From: Bacteroidales bacterium
GTDB taxonomy: Bacteria > Bacteroidota > Bacteroidia > Bacteroidales > P3
DNA length: 64,000 nt
Reading direction: 5' to 3'
Assembly (NCBI GenBank): GCA_017940465.1
Contig: JAGAYN010000044.1
Span: 3,662 to 67,661 of the forward strand
Part shown: piece after piece, positions 1 to 8,878 of the stretch
Numbering within the stretch: position 1 is the first letter of the stretch
How the letters are laid out: every line of letters begins with the position of its first letter
Notes under the pieces: model-generated
Told to the model about the DNA's origin: nothing
Database searches by the model: none
Seen by the model: the letters and a program-made list of their open reading frames with translations, nothing else
Program-made: the position numbers and the translations under genes

Positions 1-983
1 GCAGCATCATCGTGGTCATCATCGCCCTGCTGCCTGCACTGCTTTTCGGCATGTGGAACATCGGCTACCAGACCGCCATGAGCACCGGCGCCGGCGCCGA
101 CTGGCACTGGATCTACATGTGGTGGTTCGGATTCCTGCGCATGCTCCCCATGATTGCCGTCAGCTACATCGTCGGCCTGGCCATCGAGTTCGCCTTCGCT
201 CAATACCGCGGGCATGAGGTCAACGAGGGCTTCCTCGCCACCGGCCTGCTCATCCCGATGATTGTCCCCGTTACCACGCCCCTGTGGCAACTGGCGCTGG
301 CCGTGGCCTTCGCTGTCATCATCGGCAAGGAGGTCTTCGGCGGCAGCGGCATGAACTTCCTCAATCCCGCCCTCGTGGCGCGCGCCTTCCTCTTCTTCGC
401 CTACCCGACACACATGAGTGGCGACAAGGTGTGGATTGCCTCCACCTGGTGGGGCAACGACGCCATCGCCGGCGCCACGCCTATGGGCGAGCTGGCCACC
501 GGCTCCGCACCCTCGGCCTCGGCGCTGGACATGCTCATCGGCACCATCCCCGGCAGCACCTGCGAGACTTCGTTCATTGCCATCGCACTGGGCGCGATGC
601 TGCTGCTCTTCACCGGTATCGCCTCGTGGCGCATCATGCTCGGCGTCTTCCTCGGCGGCGGCCTCATGGGCCTGCTTTTCAACGCCATCGGCGGCAACGC
701 CTACATGGAATTGCCTTTCTACTACCACTTCCTGATGGGTGGCTTCGCCTTCGGTGCCGTCTTCATGGCCACCGACCCCGTCACCGCTGCGCAGACCAAC
801 GCCGGCAAATGGATCTACGGCCTGCTCATCGGCGTCTTCGCCGTACTGCTGCGCGTCTGCAACCCCGCCTACCCCGAGGGCATGATGCTCAGCATCCTCT
901 TCATGAACTGCATGGCCCCGCTGATAGACCACTGCATCGTGGCCAGAAACATTAAGATGAGAGAAAGGAGGATAGGAAAATGA
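1..983 (+). CDS. nqrB: Na+-translocating NADH:quinone oxidoreductase subunit B (5' end outside window)
   Basis: Frame is open to position 1 (listed ORF 12..983). Polytopic membrane protein with NqrB/RnfD-type motifs (GKEVFGGSGMNFLNPAL, FMATDPVT). 4-nt overlap with nqrC. Confidence 0.9.
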   Translation, partial: SIIVVIIALLPALLFGMWNIGYQTAMSTGAGADWHWIYMWWFGFLRMLPMIAVSYIVGLAIEFAFAQYRGHEVNEGFLATGLLIPMIVPVTTPLWQLALAVAFAVIIGKEVFGGSGMNFLNPALVARAFLFFAYPTHMSGDKVWIASTWWGNDAIAGATPMGELATGSAPSASALDMLIGTIPGSTCETSFIAIALGAMLLLFTGIASWRIMLGVFLGGGLMGLLFNAIGGNAYMELPFYYHFLMGGFAFGAVFMATDPVTAAQTNAGKWIYGLLIGVFAVLLRVCNPAYPEGMMLSILFMNCMAPLIDHCIVARNIKMRERRIGK

Positions 984-1609
984 AAAAGACTTTCAGCAAC
1001 CGCTACATCTTCATCTACTCCGCCGTGCTCGTCGTGGTGGCGGCGCTGATACTGACGGTCGTCGCCGTCAGCCTCAAGCCCGCCCAGGAGAAGAACCAGC
1101 AGGCCGAGACCAAGCAGATGATCCTCAAGACCATCGGCATCGACGCCACCCGCGACAACGCCGCCGAGCTCTACGCACAGAACATACAGGAAGCCGACCT
1201 CAAGGGAGAGCCCTACTTCACCTTCAAAGGCGGCGTCATCATCCCCCTGCGCGGCACCGGCCTTTGGGGTCCCATCTGGGGCTACCTGGCCTTCGACGAC
1301 GGTGGGACTGTCGTGGGCGCTGTGTTCGACCACAAAGGCGAGACCCCCGGCCTCGGCGGCGAGATTTCCACCGACAAGTTTGCCCAGCGTTTCGTGGGCA
1401 AAGAGATGTGCGAGGAGCCTATCCGCCTGAAGAAGAATGCCGACAAGGACAACCCCTACGAGGTGGACGCCATCAGCGGCGGCACCATGACCAGCAACGG
1501 CGTCACCGCCATGCTGGCTACCGCCTATGAGAAATACTCCGATGTGATACCCTGCCATGAGGACTGCGAAGCCATCTCGGCATTAATGATGGAGGAAGAA
1601 GAACAATGA
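980..1609 (+). CDS. nqrC: Na+-NQR subunit C
   Basis: 209 aa with N-terminal membrane anchor and FMN-attachment-type motif DAISGGTMTSNG. Overlaps both neighbours by 4 nt. Confidence 0.9.
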   Translation: MKKTFSNRYIFIYSAVLVVVAALILTVVAVSLKPAQEKNQQAETKQMILKTIGIDATRDNAAELYAQNIQEADLKGEPYFTFKGGVIIPLRGTGLWGPIWGYLAFDDGGTVVGAVFDHKGETPGLGGEISTDKFAQRFVGKEMCEEPIRLKKNADKDNPYEVDAISGGTMTSNGVTAMLATAYEKYSDVIPCHEDCEAISALMMEEEEQ

Positions 1610-2223
1610 AAAACACCGACCTTATAAAACTCCCCTTCAGCAAGAACAACCCCATCCTCGTGCAAGTGCTGGGCGTCTGCTCCTGCCTCGCGGTGACGGC
1701 GCAGCTCAAGCCTGCCGTCGTCATGGCCGTCTCGGTCACCGTCGTCGTGGCGCTGAGCAACCTCATCATCTCGCTCATGCGCAACACCATCCCGCCGCGC
1801 ATCCGCATCATCGTGCAGCTCGTCGTCGTCAGCACCCTCGTCGTGCTCGTCGACCAGGTGCTGAAGGCCTACATGTACGACGTCAGCAAGCAGCTCTCCG
1901 TCTTCGTCGGCCTCATCATCACCAACTGCATCGTCATGGGCCGCCTCGAAGCCTTCGCCATGGTGCAGAAGCCGTGGCCCTCGTTGCTCGACGGCCTCGG
2001 CAACGGCCTCGGCTACAGCGTCATCCTCATCGTCCTGGGCTTCGTCCGCGAACTCTTCGGCAGCGGCACCCTCTGGGGCTACCCTGTCGTGGAAAAGCTC
2101 GGCCTATATAATATTGGATACGAGAACAACGGCCTGATGATCATGCCTCCCATGGCCCTCATCCTCGTCGGCCTCATCATCTGGTGGCACCGCAGCCGCA
2201 ACAAAGACCTCGTCGAACAATAG
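1606..2223 (+). CDS. nqrD: Na+-NQR subunit D
   Basis: 205 aa multi-helix NqrD/RnfE-like membrane protein (ITNCIVMGRLEAFA). Overlaps the nqrC stop. Confidence 0.9.
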   Translation: MKNTDLIKLPFSKNNPILVQVLGVCSCLAVTAQLKPAVVMAVSVTVVVALSNLIISLMRNTIPPRIRIIVQLVVVSTLVVLVDQVLKAYMYDVSKQLSVFVGLIITNCIVMGRLEAFAMVQKPWPSLLDGLGNGLGYSVILIVLGFVRELFGSGTLWGYPVVEKLGLYNIGYENNGLMIMPPMALILVGLIIWWHRSRNKDLVEQ

Positions 2224-2279
2224 CCATCAACCTCATATGACATCACAATTTGTGACCGCATAATGAAACACAACAACTT

Positions 2280-2915
2280 ATGAGCGACAAACTAATCATA
2301 TCCGGAAATCAGCAGTCCGAGAACATCAAGAATGCCATCTATGAAGTCAGAGGGCAGAAAGTGATGCTCGATTACGACCTTGCCGCAATATATGGCGTTA
2401 AGACGGCCACTCTCAACCAGGCCGTTAAACGAAACATAGAGCGTTTCCCTGAAGATTTCATGTTTCGTCTTACAGAAGATGAGTGGGATGGACTCTTCAA
2501 TTCGGGTATGATATCACAAATTGTGACATCATCACTCAGCAAACGTAAAAAGACGGCTTCTCCCTATGCTTTTACCGAACATGGCGCCGTGATGTTGGCC
2601 GCCGTTCTTCGCAGTCCAAGTGCCGTACAAATGAGCGTGATGGTGACAAGAGCCTTTATCGCCATGCGTCAGGCAATATCCACAATGCTCGCGGTTGATT
2701 TGAAGGTGGAGCAGATTTCCCACAAGGTAGACCAACTGAACGCCTACGTTGAAGAGATATTGCATGACCAGAACGACATCAACGAGCAGCAGGAGCTGAC
2801 AAACAATGAGATTGCCACTCAGATAGAGGCAATCAACGACGCCCTCGACCAACTACGGGACACCAAAGCCACCCCAAGAAAGCCCATCGGATTCAAATCG
2901 CCCACCCATGAGTAA
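2280..2915 (+). CDS. ORF6N (KilA-N-like) domain DNA-binding protein
   Basis: N-terminal block IYEVRGQKVMLDYDLAAIYGVKTATLNQAVKRNIERFPEDFMFRLT, then SQIVTSS and PYAFTEHGAVMLA, typical of the ORF6N domain. Coiled-coil C-terminus. Confidence 0.75.
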   Translation: MSDKLIISGNQQSENIKNAIYEVRGQKVMLDYDLAAIYGVKTATLNQAVKRNIERFPEDFMFRLTEDEWDGLFNSGMISQIVTSSLSKRKKTASPYAFTEHGAVMLAAVLRSPSAVQMSVMVTRAFIAMRQAISTMLAVDLKVEQISHKVDQLNAYVEEILHDQNDINEQQELTNNEIATQIEAINDALDQLRDTKATPRKPIGFKSPTHE

Positions 2916-3091
2916 CTCCCCGTATATTACCAATCCCATCAACTCCCATTAACCCCATGAACAATTCCCCCAATCCCTCGACAATCCTTCGACAATCCTT
3001 CGGCGGTCTTCCCACCCTCTCCCTTCTTCGTGCCTTCTTCGATCCTTCTATGATCCTTACTTTATAACAATGAAAACAAGATAAAAAAACG

Positions 3092-3865
3092 ATGAACGAT
3101 ATCTGGTTGAAATATTCTCAATATGGTGTTAGAGTATCTGTGTTGATAGGCAATCACAATATGGATAAGGACGACCGCTTTCTGGTTCCCTTCATTACAC
3201 GTCAGCGTAAATGGGGCCTGATGAACCGCAAAGGAGAACTGGTGGTGAATCCTGTTTATGATGCAATCTGTAATGACTGCCAAACGAAAGATGACCTAAT
3301 CATAGTGGGATTATTACATCCTTATGCGTTTTCTAAAGAAGATGGAACCATTGATGCGAGAGTTAAATATCACTATGGATTAATCCGCACAGACGGTACA
3401 ACGTTCTTGAATGTAAAATACAATAGTGTTACATTGGGTAGTTTGATAACCGTGATTGGTGATGATGGGTGCTTTGCAATGGATTACACCGGGAAGGTAA
3501 TTATACCCAAAGGAAGATATGCATGGATGGATGGCTTCGATGACGGGCTGGCTCGTGTGAATAAAACCATAGAAGGAAAAACAAAATGGGGTATTATTGA
3601 TTGCAACGGCGAAGAGGTTGCCCCTTTGGATTATGACAAAATTTGGAACTTTTATGGGAAAAATATGGACGGAACTAATTTTGAAAAGGATGGACAGAAA
3701 TACTATTTGAAGTTCGATTTGTTAAGACCTTTTGAGTATCAAAAGAAATACGAACTAACCGAGAGGCAAATCCGACAGAGGGAAAAAGGTGCATGGGACG
3801 AAGCAAAAGATATGTGGCTGGATGCTTTTGAGGGTGACCCTGATAATTATTGGAACATAGACTAA
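3092..3865 (+). CDS. WG-repeat (KWG) protein, cytoplasmic
   Basis: 257 aa with no signal peptide. Repeated units of the type KWGLMNRKGELVVNPVYD and KWGIIDCNGEEVAPLDYD. AT-rich codon usage unlike the flanking core genes. Confidence 0.65.
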   Translation: MNDIWLKYSQYGVRVSVLIGNHNMDKDDRFLVPFITRQRKWGLMNRKGELVVNPVYDAICNDCQTKDDLIIVGLLHPYAFSKEDGTIDARVKYHYGLIRTDGTTFLNVKYNSVTLGSLITVIGDDGCFAMDYTGKVIIPKGRYAWMDGFDDGLARVNKTIEGKTKWGIIDCNGEEVAPLDYDKIWNFYGKNMDGTNFEKDGQKYYLKFDLLRPFEYQKKYELTERQIRQREKGAWDEAKDMWLDAFEGDPDNYWNID

Positions 3866-3872
3866 TAAACAG

Positions 3873-4862
3873 ATGAAATACCGGCAATACAAAATAGTAC
3901 ACTTCTCCGAAATTGAGGACAAAAAGTTTGGCAGAGCATGGCGCATTCAGGCATTAGCCGAAGGAATACATCCCGACTGCACGGTTAGTTTTATGTTCTC
4001 CAATTTATACAGCAAAGCAGGGTTTTCGGAGTACTTCATCGCCCCCTACAACAATTATGTAATGGACGAGATAGAAGACATTGCTTTGCGCGGTGACGTA
4101 TGGTCGCCCGACACCAATGACTGGACGGTCGACAAGGAAAACACTATCGTGGACGGCATCCCCGTAATCACACACCACTATTGCGGTAGGTTGCAAGATA
4201 AGGCGCAGAAACCGGAGGACTGTAGTTCTCGAATTGCAAGTTGGATGCCATTATTCCAATTGATTATTGCAGAAAAATCCGACCTAAAACATAATACAGA
4301 TGCAGAAACAGGAATTGAATACTTTGAATGCGGAAAAGTGAAAGGATTTGTAAGTCCTTCGGCGATGAATGAACTTGGCAATGAGGTTTACAGCATGGGG
4401 GATTTCAAAGTGGCTATGATATCCTTCAAAGAAACCGCCCCCCAACCATGGCTGCTTTACGTTCCACCGAAATCCAAATTGGCAACAAGAAACACCTCGC
4501 AGCAACAAAGTGCAGATACATTACTCAAAATTGGAGAGTGGCGACAGGCTTTCCCCTTGGCAAAAAGAGCGATGGAGAAAAGCATGGAGGAAATGGGAAA
4601 GACTTTCAAATATGACTACAACATACTTAAGAAAGACCCCGAAGAGAATCCAGAAACTGGGATTTGCTTCGACCGCTTTGTTGAAAGCAATGTCCAACAT
4701 TTTCTACCTGCAATAAGAAATATGTTGAGAGTTTTCGACATGGCGATTAACGATATCGACAAGTGCAATGCAGCGGTGAATTACGAGGATGAACTGGAAG
4801 AAATAAAACAAACAGTTGACAAGATGGTGCACGATGCCAAAAAACCTTTTGAGAATGATTGA
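3873..4862 (+). CDS. Hypothetical protein (329 aa)
   Basis: Long ORF starting 7 nt after the WG-repeat gene stop, AT-rich like that neighbour. No motif I recognise. Confidence 0.6.
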   Translation: MKYRQYKIVHFSEIEDKKFGRAWRIQALAEGIHPDCTVSFMFSNLYSKAGFSEYFIAPYNNYVMDEIEDIALRGDVWSPDTNDWTVDKENTIVDGIPVITHHYCGRLQDKAQKPEDCSSRIASWMPLFQLIIAEKSDLKHNTDAETGIEYFECGKVKGFVSPSAMNELGNEVYSMGDFKVAMISFKETAPQPWLLYVPPKSKLATRNTSQQQSADTLLKIGEWRQAFPLAKRAMEKSMEEMGKTFKYDYNILKKDPEENPETGICFDRFVESNVQHFLPAIRNMLRVFDMAINDIDKCNAAVNYEDELEEIKQTVDKMVHDAKKPFEND

Positions 4863-4902
4863 AGGAATTGACCACCGTAAAGGAGTACGCTACACCTCGT
4901 TT

Positions 4903-5298
4903 ATGACGCCGAATACCTACGTGCCGTTAGTTGACACCACGCACACCGACCCCATAGACACGGGCGACGTGCGCATCACGCTGGTGGACGACGGCACGGC
5001 ACTGGTGGCCTACCCCAACCCCTTCCGCCAGAGGGTCACCATCCGAATTGAAAACTCCGACTTGAAAACCGTGAACGGCGTCGCCACCGCCATCCTCACC
5101 GACCTCTCCGGCCGCCGCGAGCAAGTACCCCTCACCCCGCAGGGCCACTCAAGCAATAACACAATAACGCAATCAAGCACCTACACCCTCGACCTCACCT
5201 CCCGCCCCCAATCCACCTACCTCCTCACCCTCACCACCACCACCGGCCACCAACACACCCTCCGCCTCCTCAAACAAGCAGACATCTTCGGAAGATAA
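4903..5298 (+). pseudogene. Orphan T9SS type-A C-terminal sorting domain fragment
   Basis: Encodes only a CTD-like segment (ALVAYPNPFRQRVTIRIENSDL, YTLDL, YLLTLTT, LRLLKQ). No signal peptide or functional domain upstream. 4903 is the first in-frame ATG beyond the preceding gene. A GC shift occurs just upstream. Confidence 0.55.
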
Positions 5299-5325
5299 AA
5301 CAATATACGTAAAAAACAATCAACT

Positions 5326-6390
5326 ATGGCGGACAACAAACCTACCAACAACGGCGATGCTCTGGATTTATTCCACGACGTATGTCAGATTATCGACGGT
5401 GTGCGCACCCGGGTGGCGGTGTATGTCAACTCCGAGGTGTGCCTCACCAACTGGCATATTGGCAAACGCATCAAAGAGGATGTCCTTTTCAACCAGCGCG
5501 CCGAATACGGCAAACAGGTGCTTAAGACGCTGTCCGCCAAGCTGACCGAACGCTATGGCCGCGGCTGGAGCCACAAAACTTTGCTGCATTGTCTCCGCGT
5601 CGCGGAGACTTTTACAGAAGATGAAATTGTGTACGCAGTGCGGAGACAATTCTCTTGGACGCATATCAAGACTTTAATGTATATAGACGACCCTCTGAAA
5701 CGCCGTTTCTATATGGAGATGTGCCAGATAGAGCATTGGGACACTCGTACTCTCGACTTGAAGATTGACAGCCAGCTCTACGAGCGCAGTGCCATCAGCC
5801 GCCGCCCTGCGGAGACTATCGAAAAAGAGTTGCAGCAGGTGTCCGAACAACAGACGCTGGTGCCCGATATGGTGTTTCGCAGCAGCTATTTCCTTGATAT
5901 GCTCGGACTGCCCGACATCTTCAGCGAACGCGACCTGGAGGAAGCCATCATCACACAGATGCAATATTTCATCAACGAGATGGGGTCCGACTTCGCTTTC
6001 CTTGCCCGACAGAAACGGATTACAGTGGATGCCACTGACTATTATATCGACCTCCTTTTCTATCACCGTGGACTGCGCCGCTTGGTAGCAATCGACCTCA
6101 AGCTGGGACGCTTCAAGCCAGAACACGAAGGGCAGATGCGCCTGTACCTCCGCTACCTCGACCGCAACGAGCGTCGGCAGGGCGAGGAGTCGCCCATCGG
6201 TCTCATCCTGTGCTCCGAAGGCAATACCGAACATATTGAGTATCTGATGCTCGACGAGGAAAGTCCCATCAAAGTGGCCCAGTACTACACCCAATTGCCC
6301 GACAAGAAACTGCTGGCCGAGAAACTGCAACGGGCTATTGCCATCGCTCGCGAACATTGTTCTCAAAATAACAAATACAACAAAGAATGA
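5326..6390 (+). CDS. DUF1016/YhcG-type PD-(D/E)xK nuclease family protein
   Basis: 354 aa. N-terminal block (VNSEVCLTNWHIGKRI, RAEYGKQVLKTLS, GRGWS) and C-terminal core (IDLLFYHRGLRRLVAIDLKLGRFKPEHEGQMRLYL) match this family as I remember it. Confidence 0.7.
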   Translation: MADNKPTNNGDALDLFHDVCQIIDGVRTRVAVYVNSEVCLTNWHIGKRIKEDVLFNQRAEYGKQVLKTLSAKLTERYGRGWSHKTLLHCLRVAETFTEDEIVYAVRRQFSWTHIKTLMYIDDPLKRRFYMEMCQIEHWDTRTLDLKIDSQLYERSAISRRPAETIEKELQQVSEQQTLVPDMVFRSSYFLDMLGLPDIFSERDLEEAIITQMQYFINEMGSDFAFLARQKRITVDATDYYIDLLFYHRGLRRLVAIDLKLGRFKPEHEGQMRLYLRYLDRNERRQGEESPIGLILCSEGNTEHIEYLMLDEESPIKVAQYYTQLPDKKLLAEKLQRAIAIAREHCSQNNKYNKE

Positions 6391-6442
6391 GCACAACAAC
6401 GACTAACAAATTAACAAATTAACGAATTAACAAATTCAATAA

Positions 6443-7057
6443 ATGGACTACGTAAACATATTCATCAAGTCGATTTTCGTCGACAACATGATTTTCGCTT
6501 TCTTCCTCGGCATGTGTTCCTACCTGGCCGTGAGCAAGACGGTGAAGACCTCGGCGGGTCTCGGCATCGCAGTTACTTTCGTGCTGCTTATCACCGTTCC
6601 CATCAACTACCTGCTCAACAAATACTTCCTGGCCGACGGCGCGATGGCGTGGATTTCGCCGTCGCTGGCGGATGTGGACCTCTCGTTCTTGAGCCTCATC
6701 ATGTTCATCGCCGTCATCGCGGCCATTGTGCAGATGGTGGAGATGGTGGTGGAGAAGTTCAGCCCGAGCCTCTACAACTCTTTGGGCATCTTCCTGCCGC
6801 TGATAGCGGTGAATTGCGCGGTCATGAGTGGCTCGCTCTTCATGCAGGAACGCGGCTACCAGAACATCGGCGAGGCCACGGTCTTCGCCCTGGGCAGCGG
6901 CATCGGCTGGTTCCTGGCCATCGTGGCCATCGCCGCCATCCGTGAGAAGTTGCGCTACAGCCACATCCCGCCCGCCCTCCGCGGCGTCGGCATCACCTTC
7001 ATCATCACCGGCCTCATGGGCTTGGCATTCATGTCATTCATGGGATTCAAACTCTAA
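6443..7057 (+). CDS. nqrE: Na+-NQR subunit E
   Basis: 204 aa NqrE/RnfA-like six-helix membrane protein, followed by nqrF. Confidence 0.9.
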   Translation: MDYVNIFIKSIFVDNMIFAFFLGMCSYLAVSKTVKTSAGLGIAVTFVLLITVPINYLLNKYFLADGAMAWISPSLADVDLSFLSLIMFIAVIAAIVQMVEMVVEKFSPSLYNSLGIFLPLIAVNCAVMSGSLFMQERGYQNIGEATVFALGSGIGWFLAIVAIAAIREKLRYSHIPPALRGVGITFIITGLMGLAFMSFMGFKL

Positions 7058-7099
7058 CCGCCCATTAAGCTCATTAGTCCCATTAAACCCATTAGCCCC

Positions 7100-8389
7100 A
7101 TGACTACAACATTAACTTCAGCAATCATCATCATCCTGGTCGTCATCCTGCTGCTGGTGGCGCTGCTCCTTGTGCTGCGCGCCAAGCTGGTGCCGCAGGG
7201 CAACGTCAAGATTACCATCAATGAAGATAAGGAACTCACCGCCCCGACGGGAGGCACCCTCATCTCCACCCTCGGCGAGCAAGGCATCCACCTGCCCTCG
7301 GCCTGCGGCGGCAAAGGCAGCTGCGGCCAGTGCAAATGCCGTGTCGTCCGTGGCGGCGGCGAGATTCTCCCCACCGAGAAAGGCTTCTTCAGCCGCAAGC
7401 AGCAGCAGGAGGGCTGGCGCCTCGGCTGCCAGGTGAAGGTCAAGGAAGACCTCGCCCTCCGGCTCCCCGAGAGCATCCTCAGCATCAAGGAATACGAGTG
7501 CACCGTGGTCAGCAACAGCAACGTCGCCACCTTCATCAAGGAGTTCAAGGTGCAGCTGCCCGCCGGCGAGCACATGGACTTCGTGCCCGGCAGCTACGCC
7601 CAGATCAAGATACCGAAGTTCACGGTGAAATACAGCGACTTCGACCGCTCCCTCATCGGAGACGAGTACCTGCCCGCCTGGGAGAAGGCGGGGATGTTCG
7701 ACCTCGTCTGCACGAACACCGAGCCCACCGTCCGCGCCTACTCCATGGCCAACTATCCCGCCGAGGGCGACGTCTTCATGCTCACCGTCCGCATCGCCAC
7801 CCCGCCGCTCACCGCCGACCGCAGCGGATTCCAGAAGGTCAACCCCGGCATCGCCTCTTCTTATATATTCTCGCTCAAGCCCGGCGACAAGGTCATCATG
7901 AGCGGCCCCTACGGCGAGTTCAGCGTCCGCGGCACCGCCGACGGCACCTGGAGCGACGACCCCAAGGGCAACGAGATGATCTGGGTCGGCGGCGGCGCCG
8001 GCATGGCCCCCCTCCGCGCACAGATCATGCACCTCACCCGCACCCTCAACTGCACCCACCGCCCGATGCACTACTTCTACGGCGCCCGCGCCCTCAACGA
8101 GGTCTTCTACCTGCAGGATTTCCTCCAGCTCGAGCAGTCGCACCCCAACTTCCACTTCCACCTGGCGCTGGACCGTCCCGACCCTGCCGCCGACGCCGCC
8201 GGCGTGAAGTACACCCCCGGCTTCGTCCACAACGTCATGCTCGAGACCTACCTCAAGGACCACCTCGCCCCCGAGGACATCGAGTACTACATGTGCGGCC
8301 CCGGTCCCATGAGCAAGGCCGTCATCCAGATGCTCGACTCCCTCGGTGTCCAGCCCGAGAGCATCGCCTTCGACGACTTCGGCGGCTGA
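7100..8389 (+). CDS. nqrF: Na+-NQR subunit F
   Basis: N-terminal TM helix, 2Fe-2S motif CGGKGSCGQCKC, FAD/NADH domain (RAYSMANYP, GGGAGMAP). Confidence 0.92.
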   Translation: MTTTLTSAIIIILVVILLLVALLLVLRAKLVPQGNVKITINEDKELTAPTGGTLISTLGEQGIHLPSACGGKGSCGQCKCRVVRGGGEILPTEKGFFSRKQQQEGWRLGCQVKVKEDLALRLPESILSIKEYECTVVSNSNVATFIKEFKVQLPAGEHMDFVPGSYAQIKIPKFTVKYSDFDRSLIGDEYLPAWEKAGMFDLVCTNTEPTVRAYSMANYPAEGDVFMLTVRIATPPLTADRSGFQKVNPGIASSYIFSLKPGDKVIMSGPYGEFSVRGTADGTWSDDPKGNEMIWVGGGAGMAPLRAQIMHLTRTLNCTHRPMHYFYGARALNEVFYLQDFLQLEQSHPNFHFHLALDRPDPAADAAGVKYTPGFVHNVMLETYLKDHLAPEDIEYYMCGPGPMSKAVIQMLDSLGVQPESIAFDDFGG

Positions 8390-8603
8390 TTTCTGCTACT
8401 CCTGCTGGCCACCACAGTCAGCACGCAGCAGGCCCGCCGCTATTGAGCCGCCGGGCCACTCTCGTGGAACGCCTTCCACCAACACTTCTGGCAGCGCTAC
8501 CGCCTGCCAGCCTCTTGGCACCCCGTTCCTCCGAATTGTCTCGCTGGAGCATCGATGCACGCCTGATGCTGATGCGCAACAAATACGGATTCTTTTACTT
8601 TTT

Positions 8604-8878
8604 TTTGCCACGTCGGAAAAAGTTCGCATCTTTGCACTCGCAAAACCGATAGGACGGTTTGCCGAGAAAGTTGCATTATCGCCTTATTCCGATTGTGTGA
8701 ACCTAGACAATTTACACGTCATCCGTAAAGTTAGGAATAGAGGAAATCCGATATGCTCCCATGGATTGATATCCACCTGTGGGGCAATTCAGAATACCTT
8801 TATATTCACTTTACGGGGAAGTCTAGGCCCTCACACAAGAAGATAGAGACTTAATGGATGGCTCCACTTTCTTCGTTG
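8604..8878 (+). ncRNA. Conserved promoter + structured 5' leader element, copy A
   Basis: TTTG (8604-8607), 19 nt, CATCTTTG (8627-8634). Blockwise alignment to 58608-58893 and 61079-61365. Ends in AATGGATGGCTCCACTTTCTTCGTTG, 72 nt before the ATG at 8950. Confidence 0.6.

Larger units (their letters stand above)
2224..6442 (+). other. Accessory insert splitting the nqr operon (genomic islet without a recognisable mobility gene)
   Basis: Five co-oriented non-nqr ORFs lie between the nqrD stop and the nqrE start. GC is visibly lower at about 2280-4870 and returns to host level from about 4900. No integrase or transposase seen. Confidence 0.7.

Noticed and set aside
4816-4902. Start of the T9SS-CTD ORF at 4816, overlapping the preceding gene by 47 nt.
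   Set aside because: The overlapped part is AT-rich insert sequence translating to a non-descript peptide. The CTD-like similarity begins after the composition switch. The ORF is called a fragment starting at 4903 at the earliest.
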